From the NCBI RefSeq assembly GCF_009914755.1, contig NC_060947.1: a stretch of 64,000 bases of DNA; one strand, given 5' to 3'. The notes under the pieces are model-generated. The model worked only from the letters and a program-made list of their open reading frames with translations, did no database searches and was not told the DNA's origin. Source of the DNA: the human T2T-CHM13v2.0 reference genome, Homo sapiens. This document shows positions 40,368 to 54,200 of the stretch, one piece after another. The translations under genes were made by a program, and so were the position numbers. Positions within the stretch are counted from its first letter, which is position 1; each line of letters starts with the position of its first letter.

Positions 40368-40938
40368 TGTATCTTATAGATATTATTTGCAAGTTATTGG
40401 ACTAGAAGTGAGAACAAACTTCCTGCAAACATACTGCTTAATGAGTTCAAGAACTAAGGCTGTCAAGGTTAACATTACTTTACTATTTCAGGACATTATT
40501 GCCTAGGAAAATAAAGTTGCAACAAGGTTTTTATCTGAACAATAAGCTGATCAGTTAGCTGCCCTGCTCAAGGCAAGAAGTTACTCATCAGGGTAAATAT
40601 CACCATTCTCAGGATGACAGATCACTCAATGTGCAAACTGCTTGCTTATCAAATGATTACTCATCAGGACACTTCAAAATTCTTGCTTTGCTGCATTCAC
40701 CAATCTAAAAATCTGTGTTACAACTTTTTTTTCCGATTCCAGGCAGATCCCTTCTTTGAAAGACCTTCCTTAAGACAAATCCCAAAACTGTATGAAGGTC
40801 TGCCCTTTCCCTTCCCCTTCCAAGACACTACTAAAAGTCTATCAAGGTGGTGTTTTCTCTTAATACAACACAGAATACATTCAACTTTGTCAGATCAACA
40901 AGATATTTTGGTGGTCTTTTTAGGGGTCAGCAGTCATA
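40368..40938 (+). mobile_element. Old ERV1 solo LTR (MER31/MER67-like)
   Basis: 3' part CTATCAAGGTGGTGTTTTCTC...CAACTTTGTC...TTTTGGTGGTC resembles MER31/MER67 LTR ends; embedded in degenerate L2 sequence. Confidence 0.55.
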
Positions 40939-41446
40939 GATGTGATAGTTAAAGCTATGAAAATAAATTAGTTTTTTTTAGGGATACGCATAGCATGAGA
41001 ATATAAAATGGCCTAGGAGAATGCACACAGAAAGTGAAAGGAAGAAGATGAGCCAAAGAAGACTATAACAAAAGAGAAAAACAGGATATTATTATAATTT
41101 AGAGCCAAGAAATGAGAGAGAACTTCTGTATTGGTAGGGTGATCATAATTGTCATGCATGAAAGGTTTAGAATAATGAGAATTAAAAGGAGACTGTGAAA
41201 TTTGTTTAAAGGAAGTTTAGGAAACTTCAAAGAGAACAGTTAGGCATGGAGTGGATCTTTGGTTATTAAATGTGGCCAGTGGGTCTATACTAAATCTAAA
41301 AGAATTTAACTGAGAAAAGAAAGTGAAAATACATTACCATAGTTGAAAGAATCCCCTAAATCAAATTTGGCTTAGTGAAGCTTCCACTGGACTGGAGATA
41401 TTCAAGGTAGTAGAGAAATGACGTAATGGTGCAAATGATTTAAACC

Positions 41447-41639
41447 AGACTTAAGCAAATTTTTTCTGTCAAGGGCCCTTCTGTCTGTGTCACAACTAGT
41501 CAACTGTGCCATCATAAAGCCAAGGAGGTAGCTAATACATAAATGAAAGAGTGTGGGAGGATGTGTTCCAATAGCACTTTGTTTAAAAATTGGTTGGCAG
41601 ACTAGATATGACTCATGGACTGCAGTTTAAAGACCAGTG
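41447..41639. mobile_element. MER58A hAT-Charlie MITE
   Basis: GCAAATTTTTTCTGTCAAGGGCC...GTGTTCCAATAGCACTTT...; flanks TTTAAAC/TTTAGAC. Confidence 0.7.
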
Positions 41640-42562
41640 ATTTAGACTAAGAAAGTGTTATGAAATAAAAGAAGTCTTTTGCAATCCAAATAGTCATGAT
41701 AGTTGTCGATATTAAATACATTAACTGGACTTGAGCAACTATTCACAGTGTTTATAAAGAATGCCTGAAATTGCAGCTTCTGAAGACAGCTCTTCATTTT
41801 TCCCTAAAGAAAAATATTACAGAGCTGAAGCTGGCATATGATCTGTATGCATCTTGATCACCATACTGGATTATCCTACACTGAAATAAATAAGTCTTTG
41901 CGTGACACCACATTTTGCATAAAATTTATGTTTCCTAAATTAATAGCTTTTGTCAACTTAGAATTTTAATCAATGCATGCTACTTTGTTATTCAAATCTC
42001 CTGAAAACGAGAATAGAAAAAATTAAGATAATTAATACAAATTAACAAGATACTTAAGTTAATCCATTGAGTACTTCCACATTCACGTTTAGACTTACAT
42101 AATATTAATGCCCTAAAAGAAGTTTGGATAGTGTTATTCTGAATAGGGAAGTAAATGACGGAAAAAGGATATTGCAATAGGTGTGGCTTGTGAAGCTCAA
42201 CTATAGAAGTTTTAAAAATTTACTTTGTAATTCATTTTAACTTTAATTATCTATGAATCACGCACGTTTCATAAACTAGATGCTTGCAAATAATGTGTTT
42301 TGGGGATTGATATTATTGTCAAAGTGGAACTAAATAGTGATATTTAGTAATAAAGTTACAACAAAGTACTATATGCATTATAAACTAAATAATGAAACCA
42401 TTTTTAAGATTAAGAAGTCTAAAAAAGGTGAGGTGTCTATATAGCTTTTTTATGTTTATTTAATCATGTTTAATCATGAACATGCACAATCATAGCATTT
42501 TATGTGCCTTTTATTTATTATAGATTACACTGTTTTGATTACTTAATCACTTTCCCTTTTCT

Positions 42563-42693
42563 TTAAATTTTATTTTTAATTGATGCATAATAATTATACA
42601 TATTCATAGGGGACAATGTGATATTTCAATACATGCATGCACCGCATAATGATCAAATCAGGATAATTAGCATATCCATCATCTCGAACATTA
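42563..42693 (-). mobile_element. L1MA 3' end fragment
   Basis: TTTAATTGATGCATAATAATTATACATATT...AATGATCAAATCAGGATAATTAGCATATCCATCA. Confidence 0.8.
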
Positions 42694-43103
42694 TTTTGAC
42701 TTAGAATTAAGAAAAAACAAAACTTAAAATGTACTACATTGCAACATATAGGCCAAGTACTTTATATTGCAACACTATATTTTGTTTTCATAACAAATCT
42801 TATAAGTATTATTATTATTGTCATACTACAGGTAAGAAAAGTAAAGCACAAAATGATTATTAAACTTTGTAATAGTAATGGAGTTACTATTACAGTTCTG
42901 TCATAAATGGCAGAACTGGGACTTGACACAGTTCTATCTGACTTGAGTTCCCAATCACTAAACTACCCTAATATATCATCTCTGAAGAAAACTATTAGAG
43001 ATAGGGCTGGGAAGTGCAACAATACAACTCATTAAGTAGTAAGTGTCTAGTATATGCCAGATTCTAGTCCCACACTGGATATGCCAGATTTCCTATGGAA
43101 GAA

Positions 43104-43446
<343 letters not shown>

Positions 43447-44149
43447 TAGGGGGCGGGGGGAAAATTCTTTTACCATTCAATAAAAGTTAAAATATGATTA
43501 AATATATAAACACTGAACATTTCAAGATCCTTTTGTGAATATAAGCTAGTAATACAAAGTGTTTTACCTCAAACTTATCACCAGCTGAGTGATTTCAACA
43601 GGACAGCATGGGATATATCAGAAATATCTGAGAAGTCCTTCTTTGTGAACTAGACTGTGAATTCTTTAAGAGAAGGAGGACTAGGATGTTCCTCACCTTT
43701 GTATCTGTAATGTCAAATATAATGCCTATCACAAAACACAAAATGCTAGATGCCCAGGGGAACCAGTCTCTGACCAGTCACTTACCATTTGTGTAGCCTT
43801 GGGCCAATATATCCTGTTTCATTATTTGTAAAATATGGTTTTCTGCCAGGTAATTGCAAAATCTGAAAAAGATATATATTTTTTTCTGTTATGCAGCTTC
43901 CCATCTAATGTGTGGAAGACAGAAACATATTAATACTTATCCTGTCTTGCTCACAGAATTGGTGTAAAGGTGAAATGACATACTGTACATATATTACACA
44001 TTATAAAATTCTCCACAAAAATTAGTATTTTAATTTTGATCATGTATGGTAATTCTATCTCAATTATTCTTGAATTATTGCTGTTGGCTATTCAGAGTTT
44101 CTATGATATGTTATGAAATGCTCACAAATATAAAGTTGTTATCATCCAT

Positions 44150-44720
44150 CTATTAGTTTGGATTATATTGGTTGCAAGAGAAATCCAACTCCCACTAGCT
44201 TAAGAGGGAGAAGTGAATATATTAAATACATGTAGAGTAGCTCTCCTAATCAAGAAAGAAAGAAAAAAAAAAAAGCTATAAGGACAGGGCAGCTATAGGA
44301 ATCTCAAGTATGCAAAATACAATTTCAATCCTATGGGTCTTTTTTTTTTTTCTCCCTTTCTCTTTTTCTCCCTCTTCTACCCACTATTGGTTGCTTTGAA
44401 TGTTAGTTTCTTCCTTTCAGCCTTCTCCACTTTGTGGAGAAAATGGCCTCTGACACCCATAGAGTCATATTCTTATAGTTCCTTGACATCCCTACAATTC
44501 CATAACTACAGGGAAGAGAGACACTTCCCTACCACATTTAGCTGAATAATCCCGAGGAAGACCTCAGATCGTTCTGGCTTGTTCATCCGTGGGCCAATCA
44601 GTGGGATCATACAGCTGGGTTGCTATGATGGTCTCAGCCTAGGTCACAGGCTCACTTCTTTTTATAAGATATGGGGCTGGGAGAATATCCTGAGCATGAC
44701 AAAAACAGTAACTACCACAA
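44150..44720 (-). mobile_element. Old MaLR LTR (MLT1K/L-like)
   Basis: ATTAGTTTGGATTATATTGGTTGCAAG...; GGCCAATCA and GGTCACAGGCTCAC motifs; highly degenerate. Confidence 0.5.
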
Positions 44721-45053
44721 TACCATAGCTTCATTTGCTTAATGCTATATCTATTAAAATACAAGTTTATTGATAGGATAACAAAGATCATCTCTGTTTC
44801 TCTTATTCTATGGTAATACTTGCAAGCTGGATCGGCTACATAATTTGCAAGGCCTACTGAAAAATGAAAATATGAGACTCTTTGTTCAAAAAGAAGAAAA
44901 ATGTGTAGTTTAGGGTATTAAAATATAAAACTTTTTTTAAAAAATATTTCATTACTTATAAACTTAATGGGGTAGATACATGAATAACAAGATGAACTTA
45001 ATGCAAAGAAAATAATATTTTGGTGTAATAATTTTATATAATATAATAAATGA

Positions 45054-45390
<337 letters not shown>

Positions 45391-45509
45391 CAATCGTACT
45401 TTATTAACATGACATCTTGATCCGTCAGAAGATTTTTCTGGCTCACTTTTCTGTACATTTATTTATTAAAGTCATCAAAATACACACTTTTAGCCACTTA
45501 AATTTCAAT

Positions 45510-45941
45510 TGCTATAATTGAAAGTGGTATCAGTTGCTCTTGGCAAATACAAGAATGCAAATAATTTTTGATAATTTTTAAGTTTTTAGAAGGATCTTTC
45601 TGCTGATACCACTGTTAAGAGTATTACATAGGCTATAATAATATTGAGATGATTTCTGATAAATTAGGTCTAAATATAAGTTTTAGTACATGTGGAATTT
45701 ATATTTCTTGCAGAACAATTTTTCTAAAAAGATTTAACTCTTCATTCAAATCAATTTCATTTAAGACTAAATTTAATTGTAAATGTAAATTTATATGATG
45801 GAATTTTAATGTTTTCTCTGACATTTTCTGTAATTTGAGAAGGTGGTAGAAGAAACTGAAAGTGGTTTCATGATTTATTTCCAATTCAAAATGGCTGTTT
45901 ATGCATTCTATTGCTATATATTCAATTACAAAGAAAAACAA
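45510..45941 (-). pseudogene. hAT transposase C-terminal (dimerisation domain) remnant
   Basis: ORF 45699-45941 plus the downstream reverse-strand reading IIIAYVILLTVVSAERSF*KLKIIKNYLHSCICQEQLIPLSIIAIE, with an in-frame stop. Confidence 0.75.
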
Positions 45942-46705
45942 TTTTAAATTTTTCTTCCTTATTAATAATTGATTAATGTAAAGCCTCTAATAAAAAATTG
46001 TGTTCTTTAAATTTAATTGCTATTACTAAGTCCATGGATATTCATTCTGTAATGTTGCAACCGTTTTCAAATTTAGAAATTCTATACACTTTAAAGAATT
46101 CTAATAATTTGTTGATATGTTTTATTGCAATGTTCATGTGTTTATTTTTGTTTTGTAGTAATTCACTGGCAAAGTTTACTGACTAAGCTCTGGCAGTTCC
46201 TGCCCAGAGTTAGTATTTATACAGATGCTGCAGGGATGCGATGCCAGAACACGCAAGCTTATCACCCATCTTGAGTCCCAGCATTTTCCTTATATGGAAC
46301 CCCTCCTTTTTCCCAGGATGCAACTATTCCTACCACCACTGGTATTTCTACTGCTGCTACCAGCAGAGCTCGATATCTGGGCTCAGGTCATGGCCTAAGA
46401 TTACTCCCTTAGGTCCCTGCAGACCCCTAACCTGTCCCAGGCCAGTGTGTGTGTCTCAGGCAGCCAAGCTAACTGCTCAACACTTACTATGCTCCTGGGT
46501 CTGAACTTGTGGTGTGTATGCTGCCACAAGGCATATCTTCTCTGCTCATGTGCATATTCCATTGTTCTATTGGACTTCACTTTCAAAACACAAAGTCAAA
46601 GGCCGAATTATTAAGAATTTCATGATGGTTAAAGCAGAGTATGAAGTTAAGTGTGGGGCTCCTTCCAAGATCAGGCCCCGTTTTCTCTACAGGTCTCATG
46701 CCCAT

Positions 46706-47135
46706 TTTAAAAAGGAAAACTGCATCACAATAAAATTTTAAAGAGTTTATTTGAGCAAACAATTCATGAATTAGACAGCTCCAAACCAGAAATGGTTCAG
46801 GAGCTCCACTGAGAGAACATAATGGGGAAGATGTCATAGGATGGGTATGGACGTAAAGCAAAGAAAATATTTGATTGGTTACAGTTACACAGTTGTTATC
46901 ATATTTGGTTTATCATGTTGAGAAGTCCCAAGTTATATAATTATAAATCTGTTGGTTGCTTCTGATTAGTTAAGCTTAAGTTTTTCTTCATTATAGGCAT
47001 TTTAAATAAATAGTTCAAGTTAAGCTTTTCTTATGTTTTCAAATATAGCAAGGTTGAGGTCACTTATGAAGCCTAACTTGCTTTGTCTACTCAATGATTC
47101 TTCAGGCCTCATCTCCATTTAAATTTACTTTAACA
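46706..47135 (-). mobile_element. ERV1 solo LTR (MER57/LTR54-like)
   Basis: Minus strand begins TGTTAAAGTAAATTTAAATGGAGATGAGGCCTGAAGAATC; polyA signal (TTTATT on +); CCCAT direct repeats at 46701-46705 and 47136-47140. Confidence 0.78.
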
Positions 47136-47277
47136 CCCATAAAGCCTGTCTTGCATGTGAGATGTGCTCACTTGAAAAAACTGGTTCCTGTTTATTTTCT
47201 GAAGAACAGGTAGTTTCTCCAAAGTGCTTGAGAAATCCTTGATTTGATTTTGACTTATACAAGCATGTGTCACACAG

Positions 47278-47279
<2 letters not shown>

Positions 47280-47320
<41 letters not shown>

Positions 47321-47332
47321 CTCTCTCTCTCT
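47280..47332. repeat. (CA)n(CT)n compound microsatellite
   Basis: Direct reading. Confidence 0.95.
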
Positions 47333-47422
47333 GCCTACCTGAAAAAAAATGTTGTGAAAGAATACTTAAACTTACTGTGTGGCATGCACTTTTGTTTTTT
47401 AAAAATGCTGTTCCTTACCCAC

Positions 47423-47607
47423 TTTATTTTTTTTTTTTGAGACGGAGTCTCACGCTGTCACCAGGCTGGAGTACAGTGGCACTATCTTGATTCACTGCAA
47501 CCTCCGCCTCTTGGGTCAAGCGATTCTCCTGCCTCAGCCTCCTGAGTAGCTGGATTATAGGCACATGCCACCACGCCCAGCTAATTTTTGTATTTTTAGC
47601 AGAGACC
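47423..47607 (-). mobile_element. 5'-truncated AluS (right arm plus linker)
   Basis: PolyT, GAGACGGAGTCTCACGCTG...CTAATTTTTGTATTTTTAGCAGAGAC. Confidence 0.9.
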
Positions 47608-47712
47608 AACGCATCCTGGTTTCTCTAGGACTTTCCTGATTTTAGCACCATAAGTCCTGTGCCCCAGGAACCTCCTTAGTTCCGGGAAAAGCAGGAGGAG
47701 TGGTCACCCTAC
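47604..47712. mobile_element. MER81 hAT-Blackjack MITE
   Basis: GACCAACGCATCCTGGTTT...GGTCACCCT; the right TIR is intact and the left TIR is clipped by the Alu. Confidence 0.75.
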
Positions 47713-47779
47713 CTCCATGTCTTTATTCTAACCTTACAAATCCCCTTCTTTGTTTTAACTTTTTTTCAAACTCTGGCTT

Positions 47780-48050
47780 GAAGATGTGGCTTAAGAAGTC
47801 ATTCTCCTCCAAGAAAATGTTTCTCACACTTCCAAGTAGAGGTAAGTGCTTTTTCGTCTCTGCTCTATTACAACATTCTGGGTATCATTTTACAGAATTT
47901 ATCAAATTGTGTTTTAATTGTCTGCTTATTTTGTTGTTTGTCTTATTAGATAAGAGCTCCTTGGGGCAGGAAGTGCGTTTTATTGTCTATTTCCTTAGTG
48001 CCAAACGGTGCTGGGTATCTAATGAGTAATCAATAACATTTGTTGAAAAG
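47780..48050 (+). mobile_element. L2 3' end
   Basis: AAGAGCTCCTTGGGGCAGG...CCTTAGTGCC...CAATAACATTTGTTGAA. Confidence 0.65.
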
Positions 48051-48859
48051 ATAACTGAAGGACTGGATTTAAAACTGCTCTTTGTCATGAAGATGGCAAA
48101 GGTGAACTAAGCATCAGTGGCCAATTATCCTTCACTTTCTTGAAAAATCAGATCGGACAATGTCAGCTTCCTTCAGAAACACTAAACAAATGGACTTACT
48201 CTGTAAATGTTAGGAGTGAGTTCAACTTGTTCCTTATCTACTAGCTTCTTTGTGTCACCCTAACCTTATTTTACTAAACAGGGTATATTTTCTTTAAAAT
48301 GGAAACAGTAAAGTCATTACAGACAAAAAATAATGCTGCTTTCTTTCATTTTGATAACAGATTTCAGTATCCCTGGACATAGTTGTAGAACTGTAATGTT
48401 ACTGAAAACTCAACACTAAAATGTGCATATAACACACTTAAGACTTTTAAAAAACCATGTTGATGTCACTGTGAGTTAAGTTTAAAAATGAAGATAGGAG
48501 ATTAAAGTTTGGATTTAGACTCAATAAAAGTAAAATAAAGTTTTGTTTGATAATTACCTATCTAATGCTGGCATAAGGCTGATGGATGGAATCAGTTTAT
48601 CTAGTGTGATGAAAATATCCTGGTTGAAAGGCTTTGATTTTCATGAAGGAAAGGAAATAGTGAAGGTCTTAGCTTTGTGCACTGAAATGTATAATTACAT
48701 AGATTATGAGTTTGGTTTAATGACTGACCATAAAATTAGTATTGCAGACTTCAACATTGTTATGAGTTATACTGTTCAAAAATTTAAAAATATGTTAGGT
48801 GAGGAACTATTTGTACAATTCTGATTCATTATGCACATTTGCAGTGACCAACTTCTCTT

Positions 48860-49682
48860 AAATATTTTTGTTGTTATACCTTAAGTCACTTCCTACTGGA
48901 CTATTGCAATGACTTCTCATGCTAACTATCTGGAGTTAAGCAAAACCTCACCAGTTAAGGTCATAACCATCAACAAGACTGCTCTTATGTCACATATCAG
49001 TCACCAGCTCAGAGTTTCCCAGGCCACTCACACTTCTAACCAATGGGTTACAAATTCATGGTTTTCTACTATTCCCTCAGTTCAATAATTCACAAGAATG
49101 ACTCAAAGAACTCAGAAAAGCATTATATTCATAATTACAGTTTTATTATAGCAAAAAGAATACAAATCAAGGCTAACTAAGACCATCTAAAAGAAGAGTA
49201 GCAAATATTGAGGTCTGAGAAGTTCCCAGCTGTGAAGCTCCCAGTGTCTTCTCCAAGTAAGTCAGGATATATTGATGTGTAACAATATGTACAAAGCATC
49301 GCTAACCAGGAAAGTGCACCCGAGCTTCAGTGTCCAGACTTTTTCTTGGAATTTCATTATATAGGCATGATTGATTGAATTATTGGCCACATGGTGACAT
49401 AATACATTCTCCAACCCTACTCCCTCCCTAGAGGTCACATGGCTCAAAGTTCCAATTGTCTAACCACATGGATGGTCTTTCTGGCAAGGTCAACTCCCAT
49501 CCTGTACTATCTTCTTTGCTTAAACTATCTAGGAGTCCACAGTGAGTTCACCTCATTAACATAAACTACTAAGGCTCACCATGGATAATGAAGACACTCT
49601 TATCCTTGGGAAATTGCAAGAATTTAGAAGCTACCTTCCAGGAACTGAGCACAAAGGTCTGCCAAATTCTTCATTATACTAT
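48860..49682 (-). mobile_element. MER21-type ERVL/ERV1 LTR
   Basis: CTAACTATCTGGAGTTA...CAAGACTGC...CCCAGGCCACTCACACTTCT...GAACTCAGAAAAGC...GGAAATTGCAAG. Confidence 0.75.
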
Positions 49683-50119
49683 AACTGTCATTGACAAGTT
49701 GGAAAAGTATTAAGATTTCTTACGTGTGTACAAGGCTAATATTCTTTATCTATGGAGCACACACTTTATTTTATATATTTTAAACAGAGTACACCAAGAG
49801 GACAACATTTTATTCATACATGGTTGCAACAATATTTTGATCTATTTTCTTCATTTCAGGCCAACGAATAAAGATTTAGGCCACTAAAGCTTTATTCTGT
49901 ATTAGTGTCCTTGTTTTATTGGATAACATTTAGAAAAGCAAAATAGCTCCCTGTGTGCTTCACATTGTTCCATCTTTGTAATACTACTCAAGCTCTTGCC
50001 ACACCTATGGAATATGCAACTGCTGAAATTGGATAGTTTTAGTGTTCTGCTTTTTCCCTTTTATTGTCCCATCTTTTCTTCTTGCAAGGGTATTTATTTC
50101 CTCTGTTTATTTCATACCT

Positions 50120-50360
50120 TAATGGTTAATCTCAGATCCTCTGTAGCCAGACTGTCTAGGTTCGAATTCTTGGTCTTTTACTCATTATTTGCGTGACTAG
50201 TCAAATTACTTGGCTTTCCTATGTCTCCATTTTTTCATCTATAAAACAAGAATAATAGTAATATTTACCTCATAGGGTTTTAGTAAAAATCCAATAAATC
50301 ATATATGTAAAATACACAAAAAAGTTTTTGCAACGTAGGTACTCAATAAATATTAGCAAT
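50120..50360 (+). mobile_element. MIR SINE
   Basis: GGTTCGAATTCTTGG...TTTTCATCTATAAAACAAGAATAATAGTA...CTCAATAAATATTAGC. Confidence 0.75.
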
Positions 50361-50544
50361 TATACATTCAATTTGAGCATAATGGATATTTTGGTATTTT
50401 AAGGACAACCACTGCTCTATATAACTAAAAGTTTCATTTGACACCAGCTAGTCTAAACTTTCTTTACTTTCTTCTTTTTATAAATTTCCGTCTTTTACTT
50501 TTTATATTAGTAATAATGTTTGCACTTTTTTCTTTCAATTATGA

Positions 50545-50702
50545 ATGTAGGCAACCAACCTCAGATAGTTTATAAATGAAGAAGTTGAAGACCAAGGGAG
50601 GCAAAATGACTTGCTTAAGGTCACACACTGTGTGGCATAATTGAGATTGGAATCCTTATTTCATGTTTCCAAGCCCATTGCTCTTTTCACCATATTGTAC
50701 TG
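50545..50702 (-). mobile_element. MIR SINE
   Basis: AATGACTTGCTTAAGGTCACAC core. Confidence 0.65.
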
Positions 50703-51589
50703 CATCAAGGTGAATGCAGTTTATATTTTCAAAGGTAATACCCCCTCAGAATGCTGGGAAAGAAAGACTGAAAAGGCCTGATATGCTGAACAAAACTCAA
50801 GCTAGAAGTACTTTCACTGAGAATACCTATAAGAGCATACCTCAGTTTCTCCAAATGTGAGTTTATGTGCAAAAGTTTGTGAAGAGAGTTTCCGTACATA
50901 TTTCATGGTGAATATATTTTTATATTTTAATTTATTTTTTGCTTTGTTCCTTAAATTGACTTCTCCTTTCTTAAGAATATTTTCATTTTTTCTTTTGCTT
51001 TGGCTGTTGACAGATTTATTTTCAATTCAGTACAGCTCACTGAATTGCAAGGGAAAATAACTAGTGTGAAAGTGTTACAGTACACCCACGTAGTCCTTCC
51101 ACCTGGTTGCCCTATCCTTCCAAACAGGCATCACCCCAAAGTAAACCATGTTGCTCAAAAACAATGATGAAAGAAGAAAGGTAACAGTCTGCTGAAATAT
51201 TCTAATTCAAATCTATCTTGAATGGTATTCATGGCTGTTAAGATAAGGGCAAACCTGATCTTGTGATGAACAAGTCAGCACTTTTAAAGTAGATTCTGTG
51301 TAATGCAACTCCTTCTTAAATACTAATAAGTATGCCACAAAAATAAGTGGGGATTTTTGGGGGGCAAATACTCTTGGAAAAGCCTGAGTTTAGAAGGCTG
51401 GTTTTTTTTTGTTTGTTTGATTTGTTTTTTGTTTTTGTTTTTGTTTTGTTTTGTTTCTTGACTTCTCTGAACCTTTAATAGGCTTTGAAACACATCTTCA
51501 GGAACACTTTGGGAACACTATATTAAGATTTTGTTAGTGCAGGGGTTCTTAACATGGAGTATAATTTTTTTAACTGCAAAAAATTTCAC

Positions 51590-51855
51590 TTAAAATTTTT
51601 TGTTACCAAGGTAATTGTAGATTCACATGCAGTTGTAAGATACATTGAAGTCCTGTGTATGCTTTACTCTATTTATCCCAATAGTAATAACTTGCAAAAC
51701 CATAGTACAATATCATAGCCCTGACATTAACATTTGCACAATCTACTATTCCCATTCAAGTTTCTCCAGTTTTATACTTACATGCATGTGTCTTTGTGTG
51801 TGTGCCTATATGGGTAAGTTTTATACAATTTTATTATATATGTAGGTTCACATTT
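51590..51855 (-). mobile_element. L1MC 3' end fragment
   Basis: TAATTGTAGATTCACATGCAGTTGTAAGA...CTTGCAAAACCATAGTACAATATCA. Confidence 0.75.
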
Positions 51856-52317
51856 CTGGAGGAGTCTATGGCTTTTTTGGGGAAGTGGACACCTTTCTAT
51901 GAAAATCAGCGGAGATTAGGAATAACAATGAGACCTTGGAATCTTAAAGGATGAGTAGCCAAGTGGTGAAGACAGCTTGGCATGGGTATTCCAAGCAAGG
52001 AGGGCCTCTGGAGCAAAGGTATTTATATTAATGGTGGGAAAACACAAGTAAAGTTGCTGGAGCATGGAGTGCAAGACAGGAAGTAGCACGAATTTAGATG
52101 AAAAAATTTGGTAGACATTATGTTGTCAGGGCCTTGCATACAAATGAAATTCAATTTTATCCTAACGTCACTGGGGAGGCAGGGTTAGGGTTAAGGTAGT
52201 GGAATTAACATGCTTCTTTTCATTTGTCTCAAATCACTGGTGGTGTGGTTTGGAGTGGGTAAAACCAAAGGCAGGGAGACAGAAATACAGATTCAGAAAA
52301 TTTGTGAAGGTAAGGTA

Positions 52318-52600
52318 AATAGACTAGGTTTATTTCTTCTGGAGAATGGATGGCTAAGGGGTGACTTAGTCACAGTTTTCCAACATAAAGTTTATAATAT
52401 GAAAGATTTTTTTCTAGTCTCTGATCCCCCCCCCCAAAAAAAAAAAGGAAAAGAGGAAAGAAAATGATAAAAATGGAGAAGTTTAAGCTGGTTACCAAGC
52501 AAACTCTCTTGATCACCAGGATGATGAGTCATATATTTAAAATCTTTATCTCCAGAGATTTTCACAGGGAGAATGATAGTGGTTGCATTACCACAGATAG
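52318..52600 (+). mobile_element. CR1/L3 LINE 3' fragment
   Basis: Peptide LGLFLLENGWLRGDLVTVFQH in ORF 52210-52467 resembles the CR1 ORF2 C-terminal LGLFSLEKRRLRGDL motif. Confidence 0.7.
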
Positions 52601-54024
52601 ACAACAACTTAACAAATGTCAGAGAGGTATGGATGTAGGGCTGTTGAGATTGATTGATTGATTGATTTTCTTTTTAACGTGACAAGATTGTCATGAGAGA
52701 TAATTTCTTTTAAAAATCTGGTGGCTTAACTATTATTATGTGAAGGCTAGATTCAGATTCAGGGCTGCCAGTTTCCTCAATCTGTGGTTTACTCATTCAC
52801 TTGGTTTTAGGAAGGGGTCTGAAAAAATTAGGTGCTCCTATGAAACCCTGTTGTGCCTTGTGGTTCTCTGAGAAGATGATCAACCAAGTAACATATATTT
52901 AATGACAATTTACTAGGTGCTGGGTAAAATACAAAGAGATTTAATGTGTAGTTTATGCTGTCTAGGATCTGACCATTTACTTTGGGAATATAGAACATAT
53001 GGATGGGAAACTAACAATATAAGAGATAATGTAAGTTCAAACATAACTTGCGATTAGTCCATAAACTTCTGTTGAGTTAAATTAAGTTATAAACTACATT
53101 TAAAAGTCAGTGTGTTACTGGAAGTTTCCCTAATGATGTCATTTCTGAGAAACTCAGATCAACAGAAATGAATGCATTTTAGAATGGACAGTTAAACCTG
53201 ACATATCTAGTTCTGCTATGTTAAAGGGTAAAAGGGTTAGAAATGAATAACGATGCCACAAATTTTATCTGAAAATTGAAGAATTACATTAACATTTATT
53301 CCAAACATTATTCGGTTTGTGCACAAAAGGTTTATAGATTCAGCAGAACAAAGATGTTCTAGAATATGTAATACCTCACAATTTGTTTACTCTTCTAAAA
53401 TAAGCATTTATAATTGTTTACATGTATGCAAGCTAAGAGGCAGTGTAGAGTGGTGGAAAGCGTAATGGATTGAGAATTAATCTGTTCTTTTAATTTTACT
53501 TCTGCCCCTAATTAGTTCTATGATTCTCCTGATTAAAATGCTGTTGTAGTAATAACAATCTATTTTTTCCCAAGGCATAACAAATTGGATAAAATCACCA
53601 TTACTCTAAGCCTAAGAAAAATATTGAGATTTGCAAGCCAATTAAATGGAAAAAATGATAAATGCAAAATAACACTGATGAATGGCCTAAAGACAAATGC
53701 CTAAATAAAATTCAGCTACCAGGAATGTTTGACATGGTAGGTAATATGGCACTTGGAAGAGGCTAAGTTTTGTTATTATATCACAAATTTGAGGGAGACG
53801 ACCATAATAATAAGTAAAATTTTGATTCCTCTTTCACATAGGAAGCAGAGCTTTAGCAGTGAGATACATAAACCTCCTTAGATATCACAATTTCATAAAA
53901 GGGCCAGAAAAAGGAGGAGGAAAGGGAAAGGGATAAAAAACATTTACTGAGTACTCATTATTTGTGAAAACCTTTACAATCCATTTTCACATGTACTACA
54001 TTCTATGAGTAAAGTTACATAAAC

Positions 54025-54200
54025 CAGTGTTTCCCAAACCTGTCAGGTCTTTATATTCATCTGGGACAATTGTTAAAAATGCAGATTCTCTGCCCTCAGC
54101 CTCTCTCCAGAATGATAGTTTCCAAAGGAGAGAGACTGATAGTCTATTTTGCATGTGTCTTAGGGGATTCTCATGATTAGGCAATTCTAGGAAATACTGC
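54025..54200. mobile_element. MER5-type MITE
   Basis: CAGTGTTTCCCAAAC...TTGTTAAAAATGCAGATTC...GGAAATACTG. Confidence 0.7.
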
